DNA from: Diadema antillarum
Taxonomy: Eukaryota
Direction: 5' to 3'
NCBI RefSeq assembly: GCF_040938485.1
Contig: NW_027270917.1
Coordinates: 1,922,001-1,986,000, forward strand
DNA length: 64,000 nucleotides
Position 1 is the first letter of the stretch; each line of letters starts with the position of its first letter. A program made the translations under genes and the position numbers. Below, piece by piece: positions 37,315 to 50,023 of the stretch. The notes under the pieces are model-generated. The model was not told the origin of the DNA. It worked only from the letters and a program-made list of their open reading frames with translations, and did no database searches.

Positions 37315-37769
37315 ACCATAAATTCAATTGAAAGTGCGTTAGGGTAAGTTGTTACACCACTCGATTCTCCAGACGGGTCAAGTTGTTGTAACAACTTGAC
37401 CCAGTGCGTTTTCAAAAACTTTTCACACGTGTGGCCAATAAACAATCAAACATCACGTGTTGCTACTTTCACCAAAAGACAGCCAAAAGACGGTTCTTTC
37501 AACTACATACTCATCACTTACTGGAGAAGAATGGATTTGGTGTAATAAAGAAAAATCGAATTTTTCAAAATCTTACTCAGAGAGGTAAAAAAGTGTTTTT
37601 TGGACCTGCCTTCTACATGTGACGTCCAGGCAACGCCAGATTTCGCATGCAGAGATCGTTGGCTATACGTTTTGATTAGTGATATTACTTGTAACGCCCT
37701 CTTTTGATCAAAATAGAGAAAATGACAGTGTAACAACTTGCCAGTGTAACAACTAGACCCGGTCTCCCC
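36884..37769. mobile_element. Tc1/mariner-superfamily (pogo-like) MITE, 886 bp
   Basis: Perfect 25-bp TIRs GGGGAGACCGGGTCTAGTTGTTACA, flanked by TA at 36882-36883 and 37770-37771. Internal TGTAACAAC repeats and a (TG)n tract. Absent at the homologous site in copy 1 (~22830). Confidence 0.9.
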
Positions 37770-39139
37770 TATGTTTGATGATGTAATGATAATCATAATC
37801 GCTTTACAAGTCTTATCTATACACACAGGAAATATCAGTAAACGCTCCCTTTGAAGATAAGATAATGTAGAATAGATTTGATTACCTTACCGTTAGATTG
37901 TCGAAGAGCAGTCATTAAATCATTGGCCAAAAGCATCACTGTAATACTACTGTAATCAATAATTTGTTTGAACAAGTTTGGAGGCAATGCAAACATCTGG
38001 GGCCAATGATTAATAATATAATATAAATTAATAAATAATTATAATCATGGTCTCCTGGATTTTCTTAGGCCCTATATTTAGAGTTGCTTTATTTTTTCTT
38101 TAACTGCAGGTGCATGTAATTCTAAAGCTTGCGTATACATTACACCTGCTCGTCTTGACTTTGTATTGACATGGAATACTATCGTAGACTTCAGTTAATC
38201 ACTTATCTGTTTCAACTGTTAGAATGAAATAATACTCCATAACTTTGTTCAATTGACTTTGTATTACATTCATGTGTGAAACGAAACACAGAAATAAATT
38301 CACTTAATCAATCATCAGTCAACACCTCTTCATCTAATTTGCATTTGAGATTGTGGTCGATCTCACTGCTCCATGGCAACTTATAAACCTTTGGGTAGTT
38401 TAAAGCTTTCATCCAGTTTAATCGATTTCATTTAAACTTTTAAGATGCCATGCTATTTCACTCTCTGTATGTTGATTAACATACAGAGATTAACTCTCTG
38501 TGTGTTGATTAACTCTGTATATGTATTATAGTCAAGCTGAGTGTTACTTCGCATCTATTATATATATATCTGTCTGTTTATACTTTGCATATTCTGCCGC
38601 TCATTGTCATGGTACTTGGAGAGAAATAAAACGACACGGAAATAACACCAAGCCAAACCAAAGAAAACAAAGGTAATTAATCTGCGCAGAAAAAAAAAAA
38701 ATCAGATTTTTGGTTCCAGGGCTCAGCTCAGAAAGACTGACATCAATTGCATTTCGTTTTCTGGTCACACTATTTAGCTGTCCTAGACTTGGCGCAACCT
38801 TCGTGTGATTTTTTTACTTACAAATGACTACGTCTAAGTAAATTTCTATTAGTGCAGGTCAGATAGGTGTCAATTACACAATATTGGTTTCACTTGGAAA
38901 TATCTGTCTAAGTTTGGCACCGTGAAATTAGTTCACGCTCTAATCGTTTGGAAAAAAACTCTTTTGTACAATGATTTACCTCAGAATCTTTTGTCACAGC
39001 TTCAAAAACGTCAAAATTCACAAATTCGCAAAGTGATCACACTGTCAGCCACCAAACGATCCACATAATACTTGTCTTGAAGTGGCTGCAATGAGTCCCC
39101 AATAATATGATCGAATCGTTTTTTTTACAGTTTTATTGC

Positions 39140-39470
39140 TTGCTCTTCATTGTGTTCATGGTTCCGGCCAATGTTACAATACCTCTCAAGTCAAAGTGAC
39201 ATCCCCACAACATTGTTGCGGTCTTCTGCTTCTGGTTCCCATGTTCTCCCTAAAGTCACTAAAATCATGGGGAGAAAGAATTTTTACTTACGCTTGCATG
39301 CCCCAAATTTTGGAATAGCCTTCCTGACGACATCAAAGCGTTTATGACGTGTGACTCCTTCAAAAGCTTGTCTGTATTTGCTCTGTATTTATGCGACTTG
39401 AGCACTTTACAGAATGGATTTGGCGCAATATAAGTCCTATTATCATGATTATCATTATTTAATATTATTA

Positions 39471-39501
<31 letters not shown>

Positions 39502-39580
39502 TATTACTATTATTATCATTATCATTATTATTATTACTACTGTTTTTTATTACAATTATTATTAGCATCATTAGCATTAT
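39140..39580 (+). mobile_element. L2-clade LINE 3' end with (TTA)n tail
   Basis: LLLVP...LKSWGERIFTY and WNSLPDDI remnants, then ttgagcact...ggatttggcgcaatataagt and (TTA)n at ~39440-39580. Confidence 0.7.
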
Positions 39581-39752
39581 TTTTCCTGGGAACCTTGCTC
39601 GGTGGCAGTGAGGCTTCTTGTGAGAAAGAAAAGTTTGCTTCGGAAATGAGAAAGAACAAATGACTTCGAATGAAAAGACATGGCGCCAAAAACAGCAGCA
39701 TATCAGAGAATAACATTGAAAACGGAGTCAGTCCTGAACCTTTGTGTGTGCA

Positions 39753-39794
<42 letters not shown>

Positions 39795-41237
39795 GGCTCG
39801 TTCGTGTGTAGACTTTGAGAAAGCGTCTAACTCGGTTTCGCTTTCCTTTTTTTCTTAAGTGTATAAAAGCTTTTTGGAGTTGGTCCTTCATTCTGCTCTT
39901 GGATACAGATAATTCATACTGATTACCGATAAGAAGATGTGTAATAAATGGGGGTCCTTCACCGGATATTTCAAGATGGGGCGAGTGAATTGAGTTCGTC
40001 AAGATGACCCACTTTTATCGTATTTTTTGTAGTTATCGAAACTTTTGCAAATGCTTTAAGAATGGAGGAAATTTTAAAGGTAATTAATTTTGGTGATTAC
40101 AAAGCAAATATTGTATGCTGATGATACATAATTTATCTTAAGAGATAAAGTCTAAATTATGATGTTGAAAAGTATGTTTCAATTTTTTCTGAAATTTATG
40201 TTTTAAAGATAATAAAATATTTCAAAAAAATCTTAGTTGCTAAGAATATAGAGAATTCAAGAGTGTATTAACAGAAATTTAGATTTTAGGGTCATTTTTT
40301 TTCATTATATAGGAAAAAAAGTTCGGAATTTTATTATAAGGACAAATCGTGTAAAGTAACAAAAAAAAATGTGGGATGATGGAAGCAAAATATCAGACCT
40401 TACAATTTTGGGTATATATATTTACTTTTATATAAAAGGATGCATTGCTAAACTGAAGTATGCATCTTCGTCATCACCTGTACCTTTGAAATGGCCTTTT
40501 GCTGAAATTCCAAACATCAGATGTGCTTTTTATTTCGATGAAAAATGAAACGTGTCTTTGAGTCGATACCGTGTTAACCGTATGATTTTCTTTTTCTTAC
40601 GATGTAAAATAATACGAAATCGATTGTTGTTTCTTTGTAAAATAGTAATGGGGGAAAATACATGTGTACTTGGAAAATCTTGTGTGGTAATACAGGTTGG
40701 CATCACATTGTCCAGATTACGAAGTTTACACAAGATGGCAATACGAATATGGAATTTTCAATTCGTGGGACGTTGACCCCGCTAACATGGTCAACTAACA
40801 ATCAATAACTGAAGCAAGTACAGAAGGCAGAAACTAGATCACTCGATGACACCAGCACCATGGAAGAAGACTACACGAAGATGTTAATCTTTATTTAGAA
40901 GTTTACTCGAAGGACGCAAGAAGGAAACACAATGAAGGGTTTTGCATCCGGTCACGAAATTGCTGCTTGAGTCTGAAAAATCTACCTGCTGTAAGATAGT
41001 ATCGTAGCTTAAGATGCTCTCATGAATAACTCGATGTCTTTCTAATACGATTAGCTGAGGGACTAGAACTATTTCTTTTATTGTGCGTCCATCTTCGTTC
41101 AATTTCAGAACAGCGTGACACCTGCTTAAAGGGACATTCCAAACGATTTACATAATCTTTTACATCACGTAGTACACAAATCAAGTGCCACGGAGAGACT
41201 TGATGAATGTATTGTGGTCCTTGAGCAGACAAACCAT

Positions 41238-43374
41238 TTGACCGAAAGCAGTGGCGTATCTAGGGGGGGGGGGCAAGGGGGGCACGTGCCCCGGGCGCCA
41301 CNNNNNNNNNNNNNNNNNNNNNNNNNNNNNNNNNNNNNNNNNNNNNNNNNNNNNNNNNNNNNNNNNNNNNNNNNNNNNNNNNNNNNNNNNNNNNNNNNNN
41401 NNNNNNNNNNNNNNNNNNNNNNNNNNNNNNNNNNNNNNNNNGGGGGGGGCAGAAAACCAAATCAAACAAGACCAAAAAAAAAAAAAATGATGCCGCCGAC
41501 AAAATGACAATGTTTATTGTGTTCACACAAGAATTCCATGTTCTGTAAGTAAGCTGAAGTACAAAAATTTTCGGCTCGCTCGATGCGCTCGCTCGCCAAA
41601 ATTTGTATAAAAAAGAAGGTAAGAACAAAGCGTGATGATGACATGGACAAAATGACAATGTCTATTGTGTTCACACATGTCACTTTATATTTAGCAGGCA
41701 AATGTTTCACGGAGCAGCGGCTGCCATTTCTTTCGTTCTGAAGCGATCGCCAATTGGATCAAAAGAAGGCGCCAACGGTTTCGAACATACGGGGGGGGGG
41801 GGTTGGGGCGCAAAAAACCCCCCAAACAACCCAAAACAAACAAGATAAGAACAAAACGTAATGATGACGCGGATATATACAAATTTCGGCTCACTCGCTC
41901 GTACTAATTTAGAGTATTTTTTAAAGTCTTCAGTTTGGGTCGTCACTATATCTCGTAAGAATTGTAAGATTTAATAAGCAAAAAATGACAAATATTTCAT
42001 GTTTTGTAAGCTGAAATACAAAGTTTTTCGGCTCGCTCGCTGCGCTCGCTCGCGCCAAAATTCATCCCCAAAAAAGAGATAAGAACAAAACGTGATGATG
42101 ACGCAGAAATATACAAATTTCGACTCACTCGCGCGTACTAATTTAGAGTATTTTTTAAAGTCTTCAGTTTAGGTCGTCACTATATCTCGTAAGAATTGTA
42201 AGATTTAATAAGCAAAAAATGACAAGAATTTCATGTTTTGTAAGCTGAAATACAAAGTTTTTCGGCTCGCTCGCTGCGCTCGCTCGCGCCAAAATTCATC
42301 CCCAAAAAAGAGATAAGAACAAAACGTGATGATGACGCAGAAATATACAAATTTCGACTCACTCGCGCGTTCTAATTTAGAGTATTTTTTAAAGTCCTCA
42401 GTTTGTTGGTATAAATCGTTATCGTCGTCACTATATCTTGATTAGAATAGTAAGATTTGATAAGCAAAAAAATGACAAGAATTCCATGTTTTGTTAGCTG
42501 AAATACAAAAATTTTCGGCTCGCTCGCTGCGCTCGCTCGCCAAAATTTATTAAAAAAAGAGATAAGAACAAATCGTGATTATGCCGCGGAAATATACACA
42601 TTTCGGCTCACTCGCGCGTACTAATTTAGAGTAGTTTTTCTAAGTCCTCAGTTTGTTGGTATTAATCGTTATCTATAAGGCCGTCACTATATCTTTATTA
42701 GAATTGTAAAATTTGATAAGCAAAAAATGACAAGAATTCCATGTTTTGTTAGTTGAAATACAAATTTTTCGGCTCGCTCGCTGCGCTCTCTCGCCAAAAT
42801 GTATAAAAAAAGAGTTAAGAACAAATCGTGATGATGCCGCGGAAATATACAAATTTCAGCTCACTCGCACTTACTAATTTAGAGTATTTTTAAAGTCCTC
42901 AGTTTGTTGGTATAAATCGTTATCGTCGTCACTATATCTTGATTAGAATTGTAAGATTTAATAAGCAAAAAGTGACAAGAATTCCATGTTTTGTTAGCTG
43001 AAATACAAAAATTTTCGGCTCGCTCGCTGCGCTCTCTCGCCAAAATTTATCAACATTCATTACATTTAAATCACCCTCAAAAAGACCCCTTTTAAGTGCT
43101 TGAAAAACTACATCATGTGGACTGTGTTTAAAGTCCCTACTGGGATGGGGTTGGGGTGGAACACTTTTTCAGAAATTAGGGGCGCAATTTTCGCGCTTGC
43201 CCCGGGCGCCGTTTTCCCTAGATACGCCACTGACCGAAAGATCGGTCTGTATCTGGTCGTCGGGGATAATGTTCCGCGGAGATTGCGTCTGGCTTCACGG
43301 TTCCCCTCCTAGAGGAGAGTGATAACGTCAATAAAAAGAAAAGACTCCTCCGGACAGACGGATCTTGCATTCTA
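41238..43374. mobile_element. ~145-bp MITE with a 9-bp TSD (MULE-like), split by a nested hAT element
   Basis: Direct repeat acaaaccat at 41229-41237 and 43375-43383. Imperfect inverted ends aagatcggtctgt / acagacggatctt (12/13). Copy 1 has a single acgaatcat and no insert (~25713-25722). Confidence 0.55.
41249..43232. mobile_element. Non-autonomous hAT-superfamily element with an internal tandem array
   Basis: 17-bp TIRs CAGTGGCGTATCTAGGG; perfect 8-bp TSD ACCGAAAG at 41241-41248 and 43233-43240. Internal ~235-255-bp tandem units contain ttttcggctcgctcgctgcgctcgctcgcc. N-gap at 41302-41441. Confidence 0.9.
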
Positions 43375-44489
43375 ACAAACCATATAACTGAAAGCCCCGA
43401 AAGATATCACACTTATGAACCTGTGCTACCTCTTGGTTCTTTTAGCAACCTCATTGTGTACAACATTGCCATATTGTAGCTCTTTTTAGATTAATAGTTT
43501 TAGATTACATAATCATTTATCAATTTTATATCATAGATTATATTCAATATGTTTTGTTTAGATCGGTTAGACAGTTACATGTGCTATGTATTGATATTGA
43601 TGTATGAACATGTATTCAAACTTTCCTGTACATATGTTGTTGTTATAAATAAACTCAAAAATAAAATGATGTCTGAGGCTATTATATTCCGGTAATGTAG
43701 CATACATATTCCATTGCATTACAAGTTCACCCTGCTTAACAAGTTCACCCAGAACCCTCCTGGAGCCATAATACAGGCCCCTGGATCTCTTCCTCACTGG
43801 GCCGGACAGTTCCCTTACACTTAAATGGGGATTTCGTAATAGGACCTAGTCCCAGCGTTTTAAAAATGTACATGTCAGGAAAAATAAAAGCTTTTAACTT
43901 TCATTCGATAGTATTGTTGATCGCTCCTCAACGACAAAGCATAAGGCGAATTCACTCAAAACGTTTTTCTTCCATCTATACTCATAAAGAGACTCTAGCC
44001 TGAGGTAGAGTCGCTTTGGGAGTAGCCATGACGCCCTCTATAGGTTGCTGATTAAATGCATGCCTCGCCCACTGAACTCTACAAGAGTTCAGGGACCTCG
44101 CCTCATTCAGGAGAATCATATAGGTCTATATCTGGGTGGTCCTATTTTAGTGTAAACGGCCCTGGCGCAGTTGTTGGAGTCGACCTCGGTGCAAGCTCTT
44201 CCGTTGACCAGGGAGGTACACTACAACGGACTCGAAAAACGCCAGGGCAGGGAGCCTAGCTATAGAGGCTATCACTTGCATTCATGATCTGAGATATACG
44301 CCATTGTCAATCTTAATTGTCACAGGATAATACATGCACATCTTCTATATCCCTTCATCCCTTGATGATTATGGCCACCTTTCGTAATATGTCTTGTTTG
44401 TTTGTATGTGTGTTGGGCGTTTGTTTGTGTGTGTGTGTGTGTATGTGAGAGTGTGTATGTGTCTATGTTTAATATCACTTTCTCGTCAA

Positions 44490-44800
44490 TCATAAAGGGA
44501 TCCTGTGGGATAGTGGGAAGACTCCCAGTCGGAAAGACTCCCAGTCGGAGGACTCGAATTCGATTCCCGCCCAGTGCTTACGTCCTTGGACAAGATGTTT
44601 TTACCCACCATGCTCCTTTTGACCCAGGTGTTTCAATGGGTAGGCCCTACCTGGCAACGCTAGGGTAAAAATAATGGCAGGGCCCTCGGGTAATAATAAT
44701 GGCAGGGCCCTCTGGTAGAGCAGTGGCAAGACTGATGATGCTGCCCTGGATAAAGAAAACCTCTTATGTATGGTTATCATTATTATTATTATTATTATTA

Positions 44801-44841
<41 letters not shown>

Positions 44842-44950
44842 CCAATTGTCATTACGATAATTATCAACATTATTATTGTTATTACCATTAATATTAATGT
44901 TATTTAATTAGTTTTATTATTATTATCATCATTATCATTTTAATTATTAC
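44490..44950 (+). mobile_element. Near full-length tRNA-derived SINE with a LINE-like 3' end and (TTA)n tail
   Basis: tRNA-like head with a local duplication of agactcccagtcgg; B box gaattcgattccc; core gtccttggacaag...gacccaggtgtttcaatgggta; 3' stem-loop gcagggccct...ctgccctgg; then (TTA)n. Confidence 0.7.
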
Positions 44951-45994
44951 TATTAGGTGTAAATGGTGATATGACATAATTCCTGCGACAATTGCTTCGG
45001 TCTTATTTTCTCCAAGGAGTCAGGGTAAGAGTTGTGATAGGGGTTTAGATTTAGTTTTATGTGAGGATTAGGATCAGGGTTGGGGTTATATTTCAGGATA
45101 GAATTTATGTTTGGTCGTGCAGACATATCATGGGAGCAATTGTTGCAGAAAACCACACACAATATTCATGAGTTGCGAAGATAACAGATTCCTTCTTCCC
45201 AACGAAAAAAAAAACCCGAAAAACAAAACAAAAGCAAAACAAAACAAAACAAAACAAAAAAGAAACACCAAAAGACACATGATTTGAAAGGGATTGTGAC
45301 TAAATCAAACCGGAGCCAGAGTTCAAGGTTTTGATACCTATGAGATGTGTCATAAAAAGTTTATAGTTCATAAAAGAACCACATATTTGAACTTAGGCGG
45401 GGAAAGCGAGGGTTCAGAGAAACAATATAATGACCAATTATTTGTTTAGATCAATATAACTGCACAAAAAAAAATCTTCATAAATTCACCTAAAGGACCA
45501 TTTTTGTCTTTGATCATTTCTTTTCAGATATGATCACATCTATTCCTGAATCAATATCGGCCTGGCTTAGCTCTACCAACACCACAACAAATTACTGTCA
45601 TCTTTATACCAAGCTGAATGGGTACCTTTACGTTTCGTTTATTATCAATATCATAATGGTATTACACCGTTACCTTTTATGATGAAAGACAAATGCAACG
45701 TCGAGTTCATCCTACAGGCTGACAGAAAGTTACTATTTTCCTGTCAAGATTATACTTTCATTCATATAAATATAAAACTAAACAATTTATCACTCATCCA
45801 ATGTCTAGGAATCACGATCATCTTATTATTTCAAACTTCTCTATCCTAAAACAGCTTCTGGCAACAATGTTCCCCTACCAAAAATGCAGTGTACGCCGAA
45901 AGAAAAGTATACAACTTATTTTTGATAGAGCTTCACACACACGAACGCACACGCGCTTACAAACAAATACACATCCGCATATGTTCATTAAATA

Positions 45995-46160
45995 TTTTAT
46001 ATGTATATATATATATATTTATATATATATATATATATTTCATATTCTAATATGATAATCCCAATATTGAGATATATATAAAAATTATATATATATGCAT
46101 ATATGTATAATATATATATAGCACATGTATATGTATATATATATATATGTATATATATTG
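45995..46160. repeat. (TA)n-rich microsatellite. Other simple repeats: (TA)n 18378-18410, 54660-54713; (TG)n 24407-24447, 32465-32538, 39755-39792, 60444-60480
   Basis: Seen directly in the sequence. Confidence 0.95.
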
Positions 46161-46426
46161 TAGTTTTGTATTTATATTGCACTCATAAGCGCACAACATG
46201 CGTTTGTTGTTATTATCTATTATTTTTTTGTTTTGGTTACACATATTGCGCGCGCTAGCAGGGTAGTAACACCAACACCTCACTCTTAATAATCATTGTG
46301 AATATTCGCACTGTCATGCCTGAAGAAGAGGAAGGATCCTCGAAAATTCGGATTATTCATTAAATCAAGATTGGCTATTAATGCATTCCCTGCATTCCTC
46401 TGTTGTGACTTTGTTATTGCTATATG

Positions 46427-46462
<36 letters not shown>

Positions 46463-46466
<4 letters not shown>

Positions 46467-46716
46467 GGGGTCGGTTCAATATAGTGCTATAAACCCACAC
46501 TTTTGTCAAAATTGAGTTACATGCATTTTCATAATCCTTATCCTTCACTCTAACCTCCGTGAAAATATCACATTTGAATTCAACCAATAAGATGGTAAAA
46601 AATGCATGCATTCATGTTTTATTAATGTACAATGTATGGACTTTCCAAACATTCAACAGCGATTATCTCAAAATGACTATTGTGTGGGTTAGCACTATAT
46701 TGCACCGACCCCTTCA
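46463..46716. mobile_element. Tc1/mariner-type MITE (254 bp) inside a (TA)n tract
   Basis: TIRs TGAAGGGGTCGGT(T/G)CAATATAGTGCTA match 26/27, with (TA)n on both sides. Confidence 0.8.
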
Positions 46717-46725
46717 TATAATATA

Positions 46726-46761
<36 letters not shown>

Positions 46762-49700
46762 GATAGATAGTATTCTTTTTTTGTAACAACCTGCATCCGA
46801 AAATAGAAACTCTTTGATAAAGTTTTGGTAAAACTTCGGAACCTGGCTGACAAAATCGTATGGAAAACGTTGGTGAGATGGCCTACTTTGGCATTTATTT
46901 TGCAATGCCAGCAATCTTTCGTTACTCTTTATATTGTCCCTGCCTGTCTATACTACTGGCCATTCTTCATATAGCCTGCTAAAATCCCTGGTCTATAGCA
47001 ATGGCTAGTCTTCAACCTCAATGTGTTTGGACAAATCTCACAAGACTTTCACATTAACATAATACATACACACACGTACAAACCTAAAAATGATACGTGT
47101 ACAAATATGTTGAAAATGTAACCAAAATGCAACACGATTTGGCGTGATGCAAATCTTTGCGTCATGGTCTAACGGGAATATGTCGTGTCAAAATTCAAGA
47201 AAGACATTGTGATTATTTCAGCCATTGCCGCAGTTATATCTTCCGAAACGTAATGCCAGTTCGCATGTGAGATAAGTTATGGTGTGATATCGGACATTTA
47301 AATAACAATTCCAAATTTCACAATAGTGTGTGCATGAATATACAATCTGTTGCCTCAACACTGTGATTACTTTCAGCACAAACTTTGATCTAACTTCGCG
47401 TCATGCTGTAAAATTGTCGACATGTGTACATGATGAGTTCTTATAAATAGAAGGCAACTGCTATTTGCATAACCCATCTGTGAACAAATATCATTTGACG
47501 AAATTAACCCCGCTCGATATCTGTGACGGTTTTGCTCTGTGGGTGGTGCAAACTTGTCTGCTGATAATATTTCAAAAGAGAATTTTATAGCCGCCGCCCA
47601 GATAAGAAACGTTTAAGGAAATATCTAACCCAGTAACCCTTTGGTATATTATAGCTTACAGACTGCTCGCATGTGCGTACCTACAAAATGTACACAATTC
47701 ATGTATCCGCGTGTACTTTCAGACGTATGTCGTCTGCTAGAAAATGAATCTATGAAAAAAAATGAATAGATCATGAATAGATTTTTTTATGATTATATAC
47801 CACGCACAATGCACCCATCAAAGAGGAAGGAGTTGTAAAGATCAATTGTTGTCATAACTGAGAAGTGAATACTATGGTGGCAACGTACTATGATATAGCT
47901 CACAACTGATGGTTGATGGTCATATCAGTTTCTAACATGTTTTCATAATTCAGCTGTATGATAGATATCACTACACAAGTATACTATTTTCCTTTTAATC
48001 ACAAATGTCTTGGACTCTATAGTGCTTAGTGTCAAAACTGACACAGTCATCCACTCTTTCTTTCTTTTTTGATAGCTACAAATGGATTGATCTGAAACCT
48101 ATCTCAGTTGCAACAAAAGTCACCTAAAAATCTCTTCCAGTTTTGTATCTCAATGGACAGTATGTGGACAGATCGTGGGTACAAGTTTGTTATTTTGGCA
48201 AGTGAGCCTGTCTATTGCTTACCAAGGTCTCAGTTGTTTTCTTGGGCTCGGAAGGATAAGAACTGAAGTTCTTTGGCATGATTGTGTTATAAATTTCAAA
48301 AGAGTGTCATGATCAGAATCGCGAATCTTATGATGCAGATGAAATGTGGCACATAAATTCACAATCACAAAATATGGTAGTACCAGTACTGACGGCAAGA
48401 ATTTAACTACGGGGTATTTCATTGAAGTGTAAAGGTTCAGAACTTGAAACTGACAGTTAAAATCGCGGTGAAAAAGTACTCACAATGTTGATTTTGGGGT
48501 AGATCTTTTGATCAATGGAACACAATTTATTTATTTGACTACTAAATGACTTCCCAGAACTGTATCTATAACGATGTGGTGATGATTAACCATCTAATTC
48601 TGATCAGAGACGGAACAGATAATTCTATATTATATTTTAGAACGTGTATATAGCTTACGTAAAGTAAAATGAATGTGTAGAGCTCATACCTTGCGTGAAA
48701 AGTGCGAAGTAAGCCAAAAATATGAGTATCCGCATTTTTATCTGGTTTTATTAGTTTTCAGTCATTCAGCATATCCTGCAATGTAGAATTTGAAAACAGA
48801 TCAAAATAGCAAAATAGAAGATAAACGGTAATTATTTAGACAGAGAAATATACAGACAATGACAGAAATCATCCACAAATACATAATAAGCAGATATATC
48901 TTTCCCATCGTTTCAGTGGATCTACCAATCTACTATTACGAAACAAAGTACGTGTCATGACCAGAACATTGTAGTTTGGAACAAACTGTTGTATTAGACC
49001 TTATCTCTCCACGAACTTCGATAAAGATATTAGATTCAACCAGTATAATAGTGTAAGGAACCCAACAACCACAGAAATACATACATACATACGGGTATAG
49101 TATACAGCTGCCTTCTCCAGCACTCATGCATAATTATGGATAACTTTCAAAATGTTATATCCTGTACGATTTTGATAATTTTATTTTATTTTTTTTTACA
49201 AAACCAGAACTTGGAGAATCAAATTTTGAGAATCGGGTGATTGTGAAAAGAACAAAGACTTTTTCATATGAGTTGTGTAAACATTCCAGGTGATTAGGCT
49301 CACTTCTGAGCAAATACATTCGAGAAGAGATAGAATTTCCTGTTAAAAGTTTTTTTTTCCTAAAATAGATCTATCCAGCATACTAAGCATATCACACGCT
49401 ATAATCACAGCCGCATCCTTATTTGAAACACTATTTTTTTTTGTCCATATGAAAGACGAAAGACAAACAGCATCGACTTAGCACCAATAAATTTCAAACA
49501 ACAAAAGCATGAAGAGCAGTGGTAGTCTTGAAAACTGAAATCAAAAATGTCATGGCAAAAATTACGAAAGAAAATGATTAAGATAATATGATAATATCTT
49601 TGTACCAATAATATAGAAATAAAAGCCATTAACAAATGCCTGTATTCGTGAATGAATACTAGTACAATGATTAGAATGATCAAATGCAAATAATATGATG

Positions 49701-50023
49701 AATTATGTCAATGCATTTCGAAAAGGAATAGTATTAAGGACTAATATCAAATCATGACAAACTTATCTGATTTGCACAGCTTAATGGTGCAATTATCAGT
49801 ACTTAGTTAGACAGTGTGAAATTTTTGAACTATATTCTTATTCTTTTATCCACACTTGATAAAAACATTTTACATTTCCGTCTATATGTTTTCACACCAG
49901 TATTTACTGTACAGTTCATTGAAACACGAATTGAAAACCCTTTCAAGATATTTTAACATCCCATTTCTGCTCCTCAAGAATCTTTCTAGAGCTTTCGCAA
50001 ACTCTCGACGGGTTTCCCGGAGT

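Larger units (their letters stand above)
33910..44640 (+). repeat. Segmental duplication copy 2 (contains A3)
   Basis: Collinear with 18360-32700 apart from copy-specific insertions. Confidence 0.85.
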
